64,000 nucleotides of DNA from Thiolinea sp. (GCA_035391465.1 DAOPKY010000007.1:19847-83846), one strand, 5' to 3'. Numbered from the stretch's first letter, positions 11,898 to 23,240 are shown. The notes: generated by a model not told the origin, from the sequence alone. Numbers and translations: made by a program.

Positions 11898-13799
11898 ATG
11901 TTACATCCCAAAACCTATGACATCATCGTGATCGGTGGTGGTCATGCCGGTACCGAAGCTGCATTGGCGGCTGCGCGTATGGGCATGCAGACCCTGCTGC
12001 TGACCCACAATATCGAAACCATTGGCCAGATGAGCTGTAACCCGGCCATCGGCGGAATCGGCAAGGGCCATCTGGTCAAGGAAGTGGATGCACTGGGCGG
12101 GGCCATGGCGCAGGCTGCTGATCTGGGCGGTATCCAGTTCCGTATCCTGAATGCCCGCAAGGGACCGGCGGTACGTGCAACACGGGCACAGGCTGATCGT
12201 ACCCGTTACAAGGCGGCCATTCGTGCCGTGGTCGAGGCCCAGCCCAATCTGGAACTGTTTCAGCAGGCTGCCGATGATCTGGTGCTGGAAGGGGAGCACG
12301 TGACCGGCGTGCGCACCCGGATGGGCGTGACTTTTGCCTGCCGTGCGGTGGTGCTGACCACGGGAACTTTTCTGGGGGGCAAGATTCATGTCGGGCTGGA
12401 AAATTACAGCGGTGGCCGTGCCGGCGATCCACCATCCATTGCTCTGGCCCGGCGTTTGCGCGAGCTGCCGTTGCGGGTGGACCGGCTCAAGACCGGCACA
12501 CCGGCACGCATTGATGCCCGCAGTGTGGATTTCAGCCGATTGCAGGCACAGCCGGGGGATGAGCCGGTACCGGTATTCTCTTTTCTGGGACACCGTGAAC
12601 AGCACCCGCGTCAGGTGCCATGCCACATTACCCATACCAATGCGCGCACCCATGACATCATTCGTGCCGGTCTGGACCGCTCACCATTGTACACCGGTGT
12701 CATTGACGGGGTAGGGCCACGCTATTGTCCGTCCATCGAAGACAAGATCGTGCGCTTCGCCGACAAGGACCGCCACCAGATTTTCATTGAGCCGGAAGGG
12801 CTGGATACCTTTGAGCTCTATCCCAACGGGGTTTCGACCAGTCTGCCCTTCGATGTGCAGCATGCCTTTATCTGTTCGATCGAGGGGTTTGAAAATGCGC
12901 ACATCACGCGTCCCGGTTACGCAATTGAGTATGACTTCTTTGATCCGCGTGACCTGAAACCGACACTGGAAACACGGGTGATTGACGGGCTGTTTTTCGC
13001 CGGGCAGATCAATGGCACCACCGGTTATGAGGAAGCTGCGGCTCAGGGCCTGCTGGCCGGGTTGAATGCCGCGCTCCAGCTCAAAGGGCAGGAGGGCTGG
13101 TGGCCCCGCCGGGACCAGGCATATATCGGGGTGCTGGTTGATGACCTCATTACCCATGGTACTCGTGAGCCCTATCGCATGTTTACCAGCCGGGCCGAGC
13201 ATCGTCTGTTGCTGCGCGAGGACAATGCCGATCTGCGTCTGACCGAAATGGGTCGGGAGTTGGGGCTGGTCAATGAGGAACGCTGGCGTGCCTTCAGTGA
13301 CAAGCGCGAGGCCATCGAGCGTGAGCAACAACGTCTGCGGGAGGTGGTGCTGCACCCGTCCCGGCTGACACCGCAGGACAGCGAGCGGGTATTGGGTGAA
13401 GTGCCGGGGCGGGATTATTCGCTGATGGAATTGCTGCGTCGTCCCGATGTCACCTATGCCGGCCTGATGAGTCTGCCGGGCATGGCACCGGCAGACCCGG
13501 TGCCGGAAGTCGTGGCTGGGCAGGTGGAAATCCAGTGCAAATACGCCGGTTACATTGAGCGCCAGTCGCTGGAGGTGGAGCGCCTGCGGCGTAATGAGGA
13601 AACCCGTCTGCCGGCAACGCTGGATTACTGCCTGATCAACGGACTGTCCAATGAAGTACGCCAGAAGCTGGAGGCTCAGCGCCCGGCCACACTGGGGCAG
13701 GCGGCGCGGATTCCCGGTGTGACACCGGCTGCTGTTTCACTGCTGCTGATACACCTTCGGAAACTGGCCGGTACCGGGTCACTGAAAGCCAGTGCCTGA
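11898..13799 (+). CDS. mnmG: tRNA uridine 5-carboxymethylaminomethyl modification enzyme MnmG (GidA)
   Basis: 633 aa; N-terminal FAD motif [22 protein letters not shown]; conserved GidA sequence. Confidence 0.97.
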   Translation: MLHPKTYDIIVIGGGHAGTEAALAAARMGMQTLLLTHNIETIGQMSCNPAIGGIGKGHLVKEVDALGGAMAQAADLGGIQFRILNARKGPAVRATRAQADRTRYKAAIRAVVEAQPNLELFQQAADDLVLEGEHVTGVRTRMGVTFACRAVVLTTGTFLGGKIHVGLENYSGGRAGDPPSIALARRLRELPLRVDRLKTGTPARIDARSVDFSRLQAQPGDEPVPVFSFLGHREQHPRQVPCHITHTNARTHDIIRAGLDRSPLYTGVIDGVGPRYCPSIEDKIVRFADKDRHQIFIEPEGLDTFELYPNGVSTSLPFDVQHAFICSIEGFENAHITRPGYAIEYDFFDPRDLKPTLETRVIDGLFFAGQINGTTGYEEAAAQGLLAGLNAALQLKGQEGWWPRRDQAYIGVLVDDLITHGTREPYRMFTSRAEHRLLLREDNADLRLTEMGRELGLVNEERWRAFSDKREAIEREQQRLREVVLHPSRLTPQDSERVLGEVPGRDYSLMELLRRPDVTYAGLMSLPGMAPADPVPEVVAGQVEIQCKYAGYIERQSLEVERLRRNEETRLPATLDYCLINGLSNEVRQKLEAQRPATLGQAARIPGVTPAAVSLLLIHLRKLAGTGSLKASA

Positions 13800-14436
13800 A
13801 TCTGACCAGCCTGACTGGGATCGTGCACTGGCGCTGCTGGGGGTGAATCTGGATAGTGCCCGGCGTAATCAGCTGGCACAGTATCTGGTATTACTGCAGC
13901 GCTGGAACAAGGTCTACAACCTGACGGCAGTGCGTAAGCCATCCGCCATGCTGCCCCTGCATGTGTGGGACAGCCTGAGTGTGGAGCCGTTTCTGCCACC
14001 GCAGCCCTGTCTGGATGTGGGCAGTGGCGCGGGCCTGCCGGGACTGGTGCTGGCAATCGCACGCCCGGAACAGGCTTTTACCCTGCTGGATACCAATGGC
14101 AAGAAAACCCGTTTTCTGCAGCAGGCGGTGCTGGAGCTCGGACTGTCCAATGTCACGGTGGTGCATGCGCGGATTGAGCAATGGCAGCCATCGCATAAAT
14201 ATGCTTCAATCATCAGCCGGGCCTTTGCGGCACTGAGTGATTTTGTTACCGTATGCGCCGTTCATCTGGAACCGGATGGTATGCTGTATGCCATGAAGGG
14301 ACGTTACCCGGCTGATGAGCTGGGATCGCTGCCGCCGGGCTGGAGCGTCAGGAAGACCCATCGCCTGCAGGTGCCCGATCTTGATGCTGAACGGCATTTG
14401 CTGGAACTTGGCCCGCTGCAGGAGCAGCTTCCGTGA
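13792..14436 (+). CDS. rsmG: 16S rRNA (guanine527-N7)-methyltransferase RsmG (GidB)
   Basis: GTG start overlapping the mnmG end. Motifs [13 protein letters not shown] and [15 protein letters not shown] (SAM-binding). Confidence 0.9.
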   Translation: MPESDQPDWDRALALLGVNLDSARRNQLAQYLVLLQRWNKVYNLTAVRKPSAMLPLHVWDSLSVEPFLPPQPCLDVGSGAGLPGLVLAIARPEQAFTLLDTNGKKTRFLQQAVLELGLSNVTVVHARIEQWQPSHKYASIISRAFAALSDFVTVCAVHLEPDGMLYAMKGRYPADELGSLPPGWSVRKTHRLQVPDLDAERHLLELGPLQEQLP

Positions 14437-14446
14437 GGATTGATTC

Positions 14447-15247
14447 ATGAGCAAGGTGATTGCCTTGGCCAACCAGAAAGGTGGAGTTGGCAAAACCACA
14501 AGCAGTGTCAATCTGGTGGCATCATTGTCAGCCATGCGCCGCAAGGTGCTGCTGGTGGACATGGATCCGCAGGGTAATGCCACAACGGGCCTGGGGCTGG
14601 ACAAACACCACCAGCAGCCCTCGCTCACCGATGTGCTGCTGGGGCGGGCCTTTGCCGTTGAAATTCTGAAGCAGCAGCCCGGTTCACAGCCCGGTACCAG
14701 CCTTGATGTGCTGCCGGGTACACCGGACCTGACGGTGGCGGAGGTGGCGCTGATGCCGATGGAGCGGCGTGAGTTCAAGCTGCGCGAGGCGCTGGAGCCG
14801 TTGCGGGATGACTATGACTACATCCTGATTGACTGCCCGCCTGCACTCAACATGCTGACGGTCAATGCCCTGGTGGCGGCTGACGGGGTGGTGATTCCGA
14901 TGCAGTGTGAGTACTTTGCTCTGGAGGGGCTGAGTGCACTGGTTAATACCATCGAGGAAATTGCCGCCAGTGCCAATCCGGGGCTGCATATCATGGGGCT
15001 GATCCGGACCATGTACGACCCGCGCAGCAATCTGACCCGTGATGTGTCCGAGCAGCTGTCGCGCCATTTCAAGGACCGGGTCTACAGCACCGCCATTCCC
15101 CGCAATATCCGCCTGGCAGAGGCCCCCAGCCATGGGTTGCCGGCAATCAGCTATGACAAGAATTCACGCGGAGCGCTGGCCTATCTGGCGCTGGCAGCGG
15201 AAATGCTGCGCAAGGAAAATGCCGTCACTACTGTGAAGGGGCTGTAA
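14447..15247 (+). CDS. parA: Chromosome partitioning ATPase ParA/Soj
   Basis: Deviant Walker A box NQKGGVGKTT; classic gidAB-parAB order. Confidence 0.93.
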   Translation: MSKVIALANQKGGVGKTTSSVNLVASLSAMRRKVLLVDMDPQGNATTGLGLDKHHQQPSLTDVLLGRAFAVEILKQQPGSQPGTSLDVLPGTPDLTVAEVALMPMERREFKLREALEPLRDDYDYILIDCPPALNMLTVNALVAADGVVIPMQCEYFALEGLSALVNTIEEIAASANPGLHIMGLIRTMYDPRSNLTRDVSEQLSRHFKDRVYSTAIPRNIRLAEAPSHGLPAISYDKNSRGALAYLALAAEMLRKENAVTTVKGL

Positions 15248-15249
15248 TC

Positions 15250-16104
15250 ATGGTCAAGAAGCCAGGCCTGGGGCGCGGACTGGATGTCCTGCTCAGTTCG
15301 GCCCGCACTGCTGCCACCCAGCCGGATGAGGTTTTTCTCAAGTCCATTCCGGTGGAGAAAATCCGTTCCGGCTCCTACCAGCCCCGCTCCCAGATTGAAC
15401 CGGAAAGCCTCAGGGAGCTGGCCGATTCGATCAAGGCTCAGGGGCTGGTACAGCCGGTGGTGGTGCGCCGGCTGGTCGGGGGGCAGTATGAGCTGATTGC
15501 CGGGGAGCGACGCTGGCGGGCGGCCCAGCTGATCGGTATGGGCGAGATTCCGGCGGTGATTCGCGACATTCCGGATCAGGCCGCTGCCGCCATGTCGCTG
15601 ATCGAGAATATCCAGCGTGAGGATCTGAATGCGCTGGAAGAGGCCATGGCGCTGCGGCGTCTGATTGATGAGTTCGGTCTGACCCACCAGCAAACTGCCG
15701 AAGCGGTGGGGCGCTCGCGTGCTTCGGTCACCAATCTGCTGCGCCTGCTGGAGCTGTCGCCGGTAGTCAAGCAGATGCTGGAGATGCGGGAAATTGAAAT
15801 GGGGCATGCCCGCTGCCTGCTGGCCCTGCACAATGAAACGCTGCAGATTGACGCGGCACGCCGGGTGATACAGCGTCAGCTGTCGGTGCGTGAGACCGAG
15901 CGTCTGGTGCGCTCACTGCTGGAAACCGGAAAGAAAAAGCCGGAGCAGCCAGCTTCACCGGATGTCGGGCGGCTGGAGGACAGCCTGTCCCGGCGGCTGG
16001 GGGCACGGGTGGCGATCCGTTACAATGCCAGTGGCAAGGGCCGGTTGGTGATCGAGTACAACAGCCTGGATGAGCTTGATGGCATCCTGAGCCATATTCA
16101 GTAG
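15250..16104 (+). CDS. parB: Chromosome partitioning protein ParB/Spo0J
   Basis: ParB box GERRWRAA and an HTH region; immediately downstream of parA. Confidence 0.93.
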   Translation: MVKKPGLGRGLDVLLSSARTAATQPDEVFLKSIPVEKIRSGSYQPRSQIEPESLRELADSIKAQGLVQPVVVRRLVGGQYELIAGERRWRAAQLIGMGEIPAVIRDIPDQAAAAMSLIENIQREDLNALEEAMALRRLIDEFGLTHQQTAEAVGRSRASVTNLLRLLELSPVVKQMLEMREIEMGHARCLLALHNETLQIDAARRVIQRQLSVRETERLVRSLLETGKKKPEQPASPDVGRLEDSLSRRLGARVAIRYNASGKGRLVIEYNSLDELDGILSHIQ

Positions 16105-16216
16105 TGGATTCAGTCATTGCCGGCATCTGCCATCATCACGGTTTGCGCAATAACCATTCCTGCAGCCGCTTTTCGGGTAAAGGGTCGACAAATTTGTTTC
16201 TCCCGGCAGGAAACGG

Positions 16217-16245
16217 TTGAAGCGGCTTGTCAATGTCTGCATAAT
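16217..16245 (+). promoter_or_regulatory. Candidate sigma-70 promoter of rpsT
   Basis: TTGAAG (16217-16222), 17-nt spacer, CATAAT (16240-16245). Confidence 0.45.
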
Positions 16246-16285
16246 ACGCGCCTTACTTTTTGGAACGGTTTTGCGGAGTATCCCC

Positions 16286-16564
16286 TTGCCAAACATAACA
16301 TCTGCCAAGAAACGGGTTCGTCAGGCTGACAAGCGCCGCATGCACAACAAGCATTTGCGCTCCCGTTTGCGCACCCATATCAAGGGTGTACTGAATGCCA
16401 TCGCTTCCGGTGATCGTGAGCAGGCCATGGCCGCTTACCAGTTGGCCGTGCCGGTCATTGATTCCACTGCCGACAAGGGCATCATTCACAAGAACAAGGC
16501 TGCACGCCACAAGAGTCGCCTCAACGCCCATATCAAGGCACTGCTTGCCCCGGCTGAAGCCTGA
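16286..16564 (+). CDS. rpsT: 30S ribosomal protein S20 (TTG start inferred)
   Basis: The track ORF starts at 16217 with a non-conserved hydrophobic extension. The conserved S20 N-terminus (PNITSAKKRVRQ) begins at in-frame TTG 16286, preceded by GGAG (16275-16278). E. coli rpsT also uses UUG. Confidence 0.85.
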   Translation: MPNITSAKKRVRQADKRRMHNKHLRSRLRTHIKGVLNAIASGDREQAMAAYQLAVPVIDSTADKGIIHKNKAARHKSRLNAHIKALLAPAEA

Positions 16565-16597
16565 CAGCTGTCCGGCTTTTTTGACAGTACGGAATAA

Positions 16598-16626
16598 AAA
16601 GGCCGGTTGCAATCCGGCCTTTCGTG
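16598..16626 (+). terminator. Intrinsic terminator after rpsT
   Basis: Stem AAAGGCCGG / CCGGCCTTT followed by a T-rich tail. Confidence 0.6.
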
Positions 16627-16642
16627 TCTGGGGAGGCTGCAC

Positions 16643-17254
16643 ATGTTCAGGGTAGGGCTGACCGGCGGGATTGGCTGCGGTAAAAGCAGTGCCGTTCGGC
16701 GTTTTCAGGCACATGGTGTCGGTATTGTGGATGCCGATGCAGTGGCCCGTGCCGTGGTGCAGCCCGGTGAACCGGCCCTGGTGCGGATTGTGGCGGCTTT
16801 TGGCCCTGAGGCTGTGGATGCGGAAGGGCGACTGGATCGGGCCTGGATGCGTGCCCGTGTCTTCCAGGACCCTGAAGAACGGGTGCGTCTGGAGCAGATT
16901 CTGCATCCCCTGATCCGGGAGCGCCTGCAGCAGCAGGTGGATGCGCTGGCCACCCAGCCGGGTGTTCCGTATGTGCTGGTTGATGTCCCTTTGCTGGTGG
17001 AGCATGACTACCAGCCACTGTTTGAGCGTATTGTGGTGGTGGATTGTACGTCCGGGCAGCAATTGCAGCGAATTCGCCACCGTGATGGTAGTGACGATGC
17101 GGTCATAGCGGGTATAATCAGGGCGCAGGCTGCGCGCAAGGAGCGTCTGGGCAGCGCAACCGATGTGCTGGACAACACTGCCTCGCTGGAGTCCCTGTAT
17201 CGCCAGGTTGACCTTCTGCATGAAAAATTCCTGGCCATGGCAAATGGCCTTTGA
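16643..17254 (+). CDS. coaE: Dephospho-CoA kinase
   Basis: MFRVGLTGGIGCGKS P-loop at the N-terminus. Start moved to ATG 16643, behind GGGAGG (16631-16636). Confidence 0.9.
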   Translation: MFRVGLTGGIGCGKSSAVRRFQAHGVGIVDADAVARAVVQPGEPALVRIVAAFGPEAVDAEGRLDRAWMRARVFQDPEERVRLEQILHPLIRERLQQQVDALATQPGVPYVLVDVPLLVEHDYQPLFERIVVVDCTSGQQLQRIRHRDGSDDAVIAGIIRAQAARKERLGSATDVLDNTASLESLYRQVDLLHEKFLAMANGL

Positions 17255-17305
17255 ACCACGGTCAAAGTGCTACCGACGGATTTTCTTTTTTTGCTGAGTC
17301 ACCCA

Positions 17306-18049
17306 ATGTCCGTATTCGAGCAGCCTCTCACTGAAAAAACCCGATTGTTCCTGCGGCTTGAATTGCTGGTCAGACGCTTTCGTTATCATCTGGACAAAGA
17401 GGATGCCTGTGACAACCTGGCGGCATTGATGCTGTTGCTGGACCTGAGCAATCTGACTTCCCGCATCGATCTGAAAAGCGATGTGATCATGGAAATCGAC
17501 CGTACTGCCCAGTCCGTGCGCCAGATCATTGGTGATGTCGGCACCCAGGATGAAACCCTGACCCGGCTGACGGATTTCAGCAATACCCTGTATCAGCTGC
17601 GCGGTTCACTGGGGCAGAACCTGCGCTCCAATAATTTTTTCAGCCAGCTGCGTCAGCGTGCCTCCCTGCCGGGGGGGCTGAACAACTTCGATATTCCGAT
17701 CCTGAACTACTGGCTGGAGCATGACCCGGCCCAGCGCAAGGCCGATCTGCAGCGTTGGGGCGAGGGTTACATGAATACTTCCGGGGCGGTCGAGTTCCTG
17801 CTGGGCCTGATCCGGACCTACTGTGCCGGGGATGAATATGTGGCCAAGGAAGGATTTTTCCAGATGACCATGCCGCGCAGCTATCAGCTGCTGCAGGTTA
17901 TCCTGCCGGATCAGGCTACCATTTATCCGGAAATCAGTGCCGGCAAGCAGCGTTTTTCCCTGCGTTTTGTCGAGGCTGACATGGTATCCGAGCGCGGGCG
18001 TCAGGTTCGTGACAATATCACCTTCAAACTGAAACTGTGTGCCTTCTGA
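17306..18049 (+). CDS. zapD: Cell division protein ZapD
   Basis: FEQPLTEKTRLFLRLELL and IYPEISAGKQRFSLRF resemble E. coli ZapD (FEHPLNEKMRTWLRIEFL; LYPQISGHKSRFAIRF). coaE-zapD order as in E. coli. Confidence 0.85.
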   Translation: MSVFEQPLTEKTRLFLRLELLVRRFRYHLDKEDACDNLAALMLLLDLSNLTSRIDLKSDVIMEIDRTAQSVRQIIGDVGTQDETLTRLTDFSNTLYQLRGSLGQNLRSNNFFSQLRQRASLPGGLNNFDIPILNYWLEHDPAQRKADLQRWGEGYMNTSGAVEFLLGLIRTYCAGDEYVAKEGFFQMTMPRSYQLLQVILPDQATIYPEISAGKQRFSLRFVEADMVSERGRQVRDNITFKLKLCAF

Positions 18050-18061
18050 AGAGGAACCACA

Positions 18062-18367
<306 letters not shown>

Positions 18368-18553
18368 GGCTGCATCCGGCCCCTGTCTGAAATCTGCAGG
18401 CTTTCTGCAGTGGTTCTGCATACCGGCCTGGTATGTTCGGATCAGGTTCGGGTACGCCTGTCTTTCTGTCAGGCTTGCCCATTGCGACGGGTTCAGGTTT
18501 ACTACCCGATAAACAGATGATAAACAAACGGTACAGGCAAGGAAAACCCGATT

Positions 18554-18790
18554 ATGTCAGATCAGCGTGCAACAGAAACCGGCTTTGAAACCGCTATCGG
18601 TGAGCTGGAGCAGCTGGTATTGCGCATGGAGGGTGGCGAGCTGTCTCTGGCGGATTCACTGTGTGAGTTTGAACGTGGGGTCCAGCTGATCCGGCTTTGT
18701 CAGGCGGTATTGCAGGATGCCGAACAGCGTGTGCTGCTGCTGGGGCAGGACGGCGAGCCGCAGGTATTTCAGGCCGGGGACGAGCAATGA
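18554..18790 (+). CDS. xseB: Exodeoxyribonuclease VII small subunit
   Basis: 78 aa; FETAIGELEQLVLRMEGGELSLADSL... is the XseB signature; xseB-ispA-dxs operon order. Confidence 0.9.
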   Translation: MSDQRATETGFETAIGELEQLVLRMEGGELSLADSLCEFERGVQLIRLCQAVLQDAEQRVLLLGQDGEPQVFQAGDEQ

Positions 18791-19677
18791 GTGTCCTGAG
18801 TCCGACCCTGCTGGCGTTTCAGTCCCGCATTGAAACCGTGTTGGATGCCTTGTTGCCTGATGCTGCCCTGCTGCCTTCCCGCCTGCATGAGGCCATGCGC
18901 TATTCGGTGCTGAATGGTGGCAAGCGTGCCCGTCCACTGCTGGTTTATGCCACCGGTTCGGCTTTGGGCGTGGTGCCGGAACGGCTGGACATTGCGGCAG
19001 CCGCCCTTGAGCTGATTCATGTTTACTCACTGGTCCACGATGATCTGCCGGCCATGGATGATGATGTCCTGCGCCGCGGCAAGCCGACCTGTCATTGTGC
19101 CTACGATGAGGCCACTGCGATCCTGGTCGGCGATGCCCTGCAGGCGCTGGCATTCCAGGTGCTGGTTCAGTCCCCGGCTCTGGATGCCCTGCCGCCCCGG
19201 CAGCGCCTGCTGATGGTGCAGCAACTGGCACAGGCGGCCGGTTCACGGGGCATGGTGGGCGGGCAGGCCATTGACCTGTCGGTGATCAATGCCATCCCTT
19301 CCGAACTGGAGCTGGAGAACATGCATATCCACAAGACCGGCGCGCTGATTCGCTGCAGTGTCCTGTTGGGTGCATACTGTGCCGACTTTGTGGATGAGGG
19401 GAAACTGCAGCAGCTGGATCATTTTGCCAAATGCCTGGGGCTGGCATTTCAGGTCCAGGATGACATCCTGGATGTAGAAAGTGATTCCGGGACGCTGGGC
19501 AAGACCGCTGGAGCCGATGCCGCAGCCAATAAACCGACTTACCCTTCCATCATCGGGCTGCCTGCCTCCAGACGCAAGCTGCGGGAGCTGCACCGGGAAG
19601 CGGTACGGGCGCTGGAGGGACTGGATGCGCCCCTGCTGCATGAAATTGCTGAATATACCGTAAGCCGGATTCATTAA
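18787..19677 (+). CDS. ispA: Farnesyl diphosphate synthase
   Basis: Start at the ATG overlapping the xseB stop (ATGA). First Asp-rich motif LVHDDLPAMDDD and second motif FQVQDDILD. Confidence 0.92.
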   Translation: MSVLSPTLLAFQSRIETVLDALLPDAALLPSRLHEAMRYSVLNGGKRARPLLVYATGSALGVVPERLDIAAAALELIHVYSLVHDDLPAMDDDVLRRGKPTCHCAYDEATAILVGDALQALAFQVLVQSPALDALPPRQRLLMVQQLAQAAGSRGMVGGQAIDLSVINAIPSELELENMHIHKTGALIRCSVLLGAYCADFVDEGKLQQLDHFAKCLGLAFQVQDDILDVESDSGTLGKTAGADAAANKPTYPSIIGLPASRRKLRELHREAVRALEGLDAPLLHEIAEYTVSRIH

Positions 19678-19722
19678 AAACGCCAGAGACCACAGGGCTG
19701 AAAACCAGAAACGAGGTGCCAG

Positions 19723-21621
19723 ATGCTTGACAAAATTCAGTCGCCTGCGGATTTACGCCAGTTGGATGAGCAGGAACTGCCCATTTTGTGTGACGAAATC
19801 CGTCAATTCCTGCTCAGTTCGGTTTCCACGGGAGGGGGCCATTTTGCCTCCAATCTGGGGACGGTGGAGCTGACCGTCGCACTGCATTATGTCTTCAATA
19901 CTCCACAGGACCGACTGGTCTGGGATGTGGGGCACCAGGCCTACCCGCACAAGATACTGACCGGACGCCGGGATGAAATGCACACCATTCGCCAGAAGGA
20001 CGGGCTGGCCGGTTTTCCGCGCCGGGATGAAAGCCCGTATGACACCTTCGGTGTCGGCCATTCCAGTACCTCGATCAGTGCCGCGCTGGGTATGGCCCTG
20101 GCGGCCCGGTACGGAAAACAGGATTTTCAGGCCATTGCCGTGATCGGTGATGGTGCCATGACGGCGGGTATGGCTTATGAGGCCCTGAACCATGCCGGTG
20201 ATATGGATGCCGACCTGCTGGTGGTCCTGAATGACAATGAGATGTCAATCTCGCCCAATGTCGGGGCGATGCAGAAGTACCTGACCCGGCTGCTGTCCGG
20301 GCGCATGTATTCCAGCATGCGCGAAAGCGGTAAAAAAGTACTGTCCAACAGCAAGTCCCTGTCACGACTGGCCAAGCTGACCGAAGAGCACATGAAGGGG
20401 ATGGTGCTGCCCGGTACTTTGTTTGAGGAAATGGGCTTCAAGTACTATGGCCCGATTGACGGTCATGATGTGGAGGAAATGGTCAGCGTGCTGCAGAACC
20501 TGAAGCAGATTCAGGGACCGCGCCTGCTGCATGTGATCACCCGGAAGGGCAAGGGCTACGAGCCTGCCGAGGATGATCCCTGTACCTATCATGGAGTCTC
20601 TCCCTTCAACCTGCAGACCGGGCTGGTGTCGAGCAAGAAGAAAAACGCTCCCGTGACCTATACCCAGGTGTTCAGCCAGTGGCTGTGTGACATGGCGGCA
20701 CAGGATGAGCGCTTGATGGGCATCACGCCGGCCATGCGCGAAGGTTCGGGACTGGTGACGTTTTCCGAGCAGTTTCCGGCGCGATATTTCGATGTCGGTA
20801 TTGCCGAGCAGCACGCGCTGACGCTGGCAGCCGGCATGGCCTGTGAAGGGCTGAAGCCGGTGGTGGCCATTTATTCCACGTTTCTGCAGCGTGCCTATGA
20901 TCAGCTGATTCACGATATTGCGCTGCAGAACCTGCCGGTGGTGTTTGCCATTGACCGTGCCGGGCTGGTCGGCTCAGACGGGCCGACCCACTCAGGCAAT
21001 TACGATCTGTCCTATCTGCGCTGCATCCCCAATCTGGTCGTTATGGCACCAAGCCACGAGGATGAGTGCCGCCAGATGCTGTATACCGCTTTCCTGCATG
21101 ATGGCCCGGCAGCCGTGCGTTATCCGCGCGGCACCGGACCGGGCGTGCAGCCGCTGGCCGGCATGAAGGCGTTGGAGCTGGGCAGGGCGGAAATCCTGCG
21201 TGAGGGCGATTCCGGCATTGCGATTCTGCTGTTCGGAGCCTTGCTGGCCGAGGCGCGGGAGGCTGCAGGGCAGCTGGATGCGACCCTGGTTAACATGCGT
21301 TTTGTCAAGCCGCTGGATGAGGACATGGTACGGCACCTGGCCGAGCAGCATGAGCTGCTGGTGACACTGGAAGACAATGCAGTCCAGGGGGGTGCAGGCA
21401 GTGCCGTGAATGAGTGCCTGAACCGGCTGGCGCTGCCGTTGCCCGTGCCGGTATTGAATCTGGGGATTCCGGATGTACTGGTTGAGCATGCACTGCGTGA
21501 GGAGCAGATACTGGCCTGTGAGCTGGATGCAGCCAGTTTGATACGGCGCATTCGGGCCTCCCGTGCCGCGCAATCCCGTACTTATGCCGCACCACGGCTG
21601 TCTTCCGCCGTATCGGTGTAA
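19723..21621 (+). CDS. dxs: 1-deoxy-D-xylulose-5-phosphate synthase
   Basis: 632 aa; TPP-binding [18 protein letters not shown]; conserved Dxs N-terminus [13 protein letters not shown]. Confidence 0.97.
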   Translation: MLDKIQSPADLRQLDEQELPILCDEIRQFLLSSVSTGGGHFASNLGTVELTVALHYVFNTPQDRLVWDVGHQAYPHKILTGRRDEMHTIRQKDGLAGFPRRDESPYDTFGVGHSSTSISAALGMALAARYGKQDFQAIAVIGDGAMTAGMAYEALNHAGDMDADLLVVLNDNEMSISPNVGAMQKYLTRLLSGRMYSSMRESGKKVLSNSKSLSRLAKLTEEHMKGMVLPGTLFEEMGFKYYGPIDGHDVEEMVSVLQNLKQIQGPRLLHVITRKGKGYEPAEDDPCTYHGVSPFNLQTGLVSSKKKNAPVTYTQVFSQWLCDMAAQDERLMGITPAMREGSGLVTFSEQFPARYFDVGIAEQHALTLAAGMACEGLKPVVAIYSTFLQRAYDQLIHDIALQNLPVVFAIDRAGLVGSDGPTHSGNYDLSYLRCIPNLVVMAPSHEDECRQMLYTAFLHDGPAAVRYPRGTGPGVQPLAGMKALELGRAEILREGDSGIAILLFGALLAEAREAAGQLDATLVNMRFVKPLDEDMVRHLAEQHELLVTLEDNAVQGGAGSAVNECLNRLALPLPVPVLNLGIPDVLVEHALREEQILACELDAASLIRRIRASRAAQSRTYAAPRLSSAVSV

Positions 21622-21768
21622 CCGGGGTCGGTCCCCTTGGGCCGATTTTCAGCGAATTACTTGTCATGCGGGTGTAATGCGGCAAGAATGGCCTTGAAAA
21701 AATCATTGATCTCATCAGCCATCAGGATGATGGGGCGGATCATGGACACTTGATATGCAGGAGGAACA

Positions 21769-22410
21769 ATGAATTTTCTGGTCGGATTTTTCAGTTTCAA
21801 ATGGTTGCGCACCCTTGATTTTCTGGCCCCGCTGGCCATTCGTTTCTTCATGGCACCGGTGTTGTGGGTTGCCGGAGTCAGGCATCTGGGACTGTTTTCG
21901 GGTGAGAGTTTTTCCTGGCTGGATGTTTCCAGCTGGTGGAATCATGCGGCTTTTGAGGCCAGTGCCGCGGGCCTGAGCCATTCGCTGGTTTCCGGTATCG
22001 GCTCTGAAACCCTGCTGCTGCTGATTGGTGGTATCGAGATCGGTGCGGCCCTGTTGCTGGTATTCGGCTTTGCGGTGCGCTGGGTCACGCTGGCTGTGCT
22101 GGCGGTCATGCTGCTGCTGGGGCTGATGTCGGGTGGCGGGCTGCTGCAGCAGGCACAGACCTTTGTGCATGAGCATGGCTTTGTCCACGGGGTGACTGAG
22201 ACACCGGTCATGTATTTCATTCTGCTGCTGGCGCTGTTTTTCATGGGGGCGGGGCGCTGGTTCAGTCTGGACTGGTATATTTACCGCCGTTTTGTCCGCA
22301 ATCTGGAAAATCAGGATGATGTTTATTATCACGCCACCCATGACCCGTTTGAGATTGATGCAACGGATGAGCCGGGTGTAGGCAAAGCCAGAGTGCGTGC
22401 TGCCCGCTGA
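21769..22410 (+). CDS. DoxX-family integral membrane protein
   Basis: 213 aa, about 4 TM helices, DoxX-like layout; AGGAGG RBS upstream. Confidence 0.6.
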   Translation: MNFLVGFFSFKWLRTLDFLAPLAIRFFMAPVLWVAGVRHLGLFSGESFSWLDVSSWWNHAAFEASAAGLSHSLVSGIGSETLLLLIGGIEIGAALLLVFGFAVRWVTLAVLAVMLLLGLMSGGGLLQQAQTFVHEHGFVHGVTETPVMYFILLLALFFMGAGRWFSLDWYIYRRFVRNLENQDDVYYHATHDPFEIDATDEPGVGKARVRAAR

Positions 22411-22442
22411 AGCGGATACCGGTTTTTCTTCATCAAAATGCC

Positions 22443-22469
22443 AAGGCTGCCATTCCGGCAGCCTTTTTC
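22443..22469 (+). terminator. Intrinsic terminator after the DoxX gene
   Basis: Stem AAGGCTGCC / GGCAGCCTT followed by TTTTC. Confidence 0.7.
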
Positions 22470-22511
22470 ATCTGGTGTCGGCAGAAATTTACAGATAATT
22501 GCAGCAGCAGC

Positions 22512-22539
22512 CTTGAATTTTTCCGAATAACCCTTATTT
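22512..22539 (+). promoter_or_regulatory. Sigma-32 (heat-shock) promoter upstream of grpE
   Basis: CTTGAA, 13-nt spacer, CCCTTATTT. E. coli RpoH consensus is CTTGAA-N13-15-CCCCATnT. Confidence 0.65.
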
Positions 22540-22595
22540 CATTCTGGCGATTGAGATGACAGCCTTGAGGTTGTAAAGGAATTTGGGAGACCGAC

Positions 22596-23240
22596 ATGAA
22601 CAATCCATCAGAAGAAAAGCGGGTACCGGGAGGGCAGGGCAAGCCATCCGGTGCCTTTGGTGATGGCAGCACGCCGTTCCCGCAGCCTGATGCCGGGGAA
22701 CAGGCTGATGCGGTGGCTGTCAGCGGGGAAGCCGCTGCCACTGAAACAGAGCATGAGCTGGTGACAGAGGATGCCGCCGCCCAAGTGCAGCAGCTGCAGC
22801 AGGCGCTGGAAGAGGCTGAAGCCCGTGCAGAGGAAAACTGGGACCGTTCCGTTCGCCTGCAGGCGGAGATGGATAACCAGCGCCGCCGGCTGGAAAAGCA
22901 GGTTGAGGATGCACACAAGTATTCGGTGCAGAAGTTTGTTGAAAGCCTGCTGCCGGTGGTGGACAGCCTGGAAATGGGGTTGCAGGCGGAGGGCAGTATC
23001 GAAAAAATCCGTGAAGGCATGGACCTGACCCTGAAACAGTTTGCCACCGTCATGGAAAAATTCAATATCGAGGCCATCGACCCGCTGGGCCAGCCCTTTG
23101 ATCCGGAAAAGCATCAGGCGGTTTCCATGCAGGCCAGTCCGGATCATGACAACAATACCGTCATGCATGTGATGCAGAAGGGTTACACCCTGAGTGGGCG
23201 TACCGTGCGCCCGGCCATGGTGATGGTCTGCAAAAAATGA
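22596..23240 (+). CDS. grpE: Nucleotide exchange factor GrpE
   Basis: Acidic/coiled-coil N-terminus, then conserved GrpE core (...RLQAEMDNQRRRLEK..., ...GYTLSGRTVRPAMVMV). Confidence 0.93.
   Translation: MNNPSEEKRVPGGQGKPSGAFGDGSTPFPQPDAGEQADAVAVSGEAAATETEHELVTEDAAAQVQQLQQALEEAEARAEENWDRSVRLQAEMDNQRRRLEKQVEDAHKYSVQKFVESLLPVVDSLEMGLQAEGSIEKIREGMDLTLKQFATVMEKFNIEAIDPLGQPFDPEKHQAVSMQASPDHDNNTVMHVMQKGYTLSGRTVRPAMVMVCKK

Noticed and set aside
21657-21851. 64-aa minus-strand ORF between dxs and the DoxX gene.
   Set aside because: It overlaps the DoxX start and its AGGAGG RBS. It has no RBS of its own and no recognisable motif.
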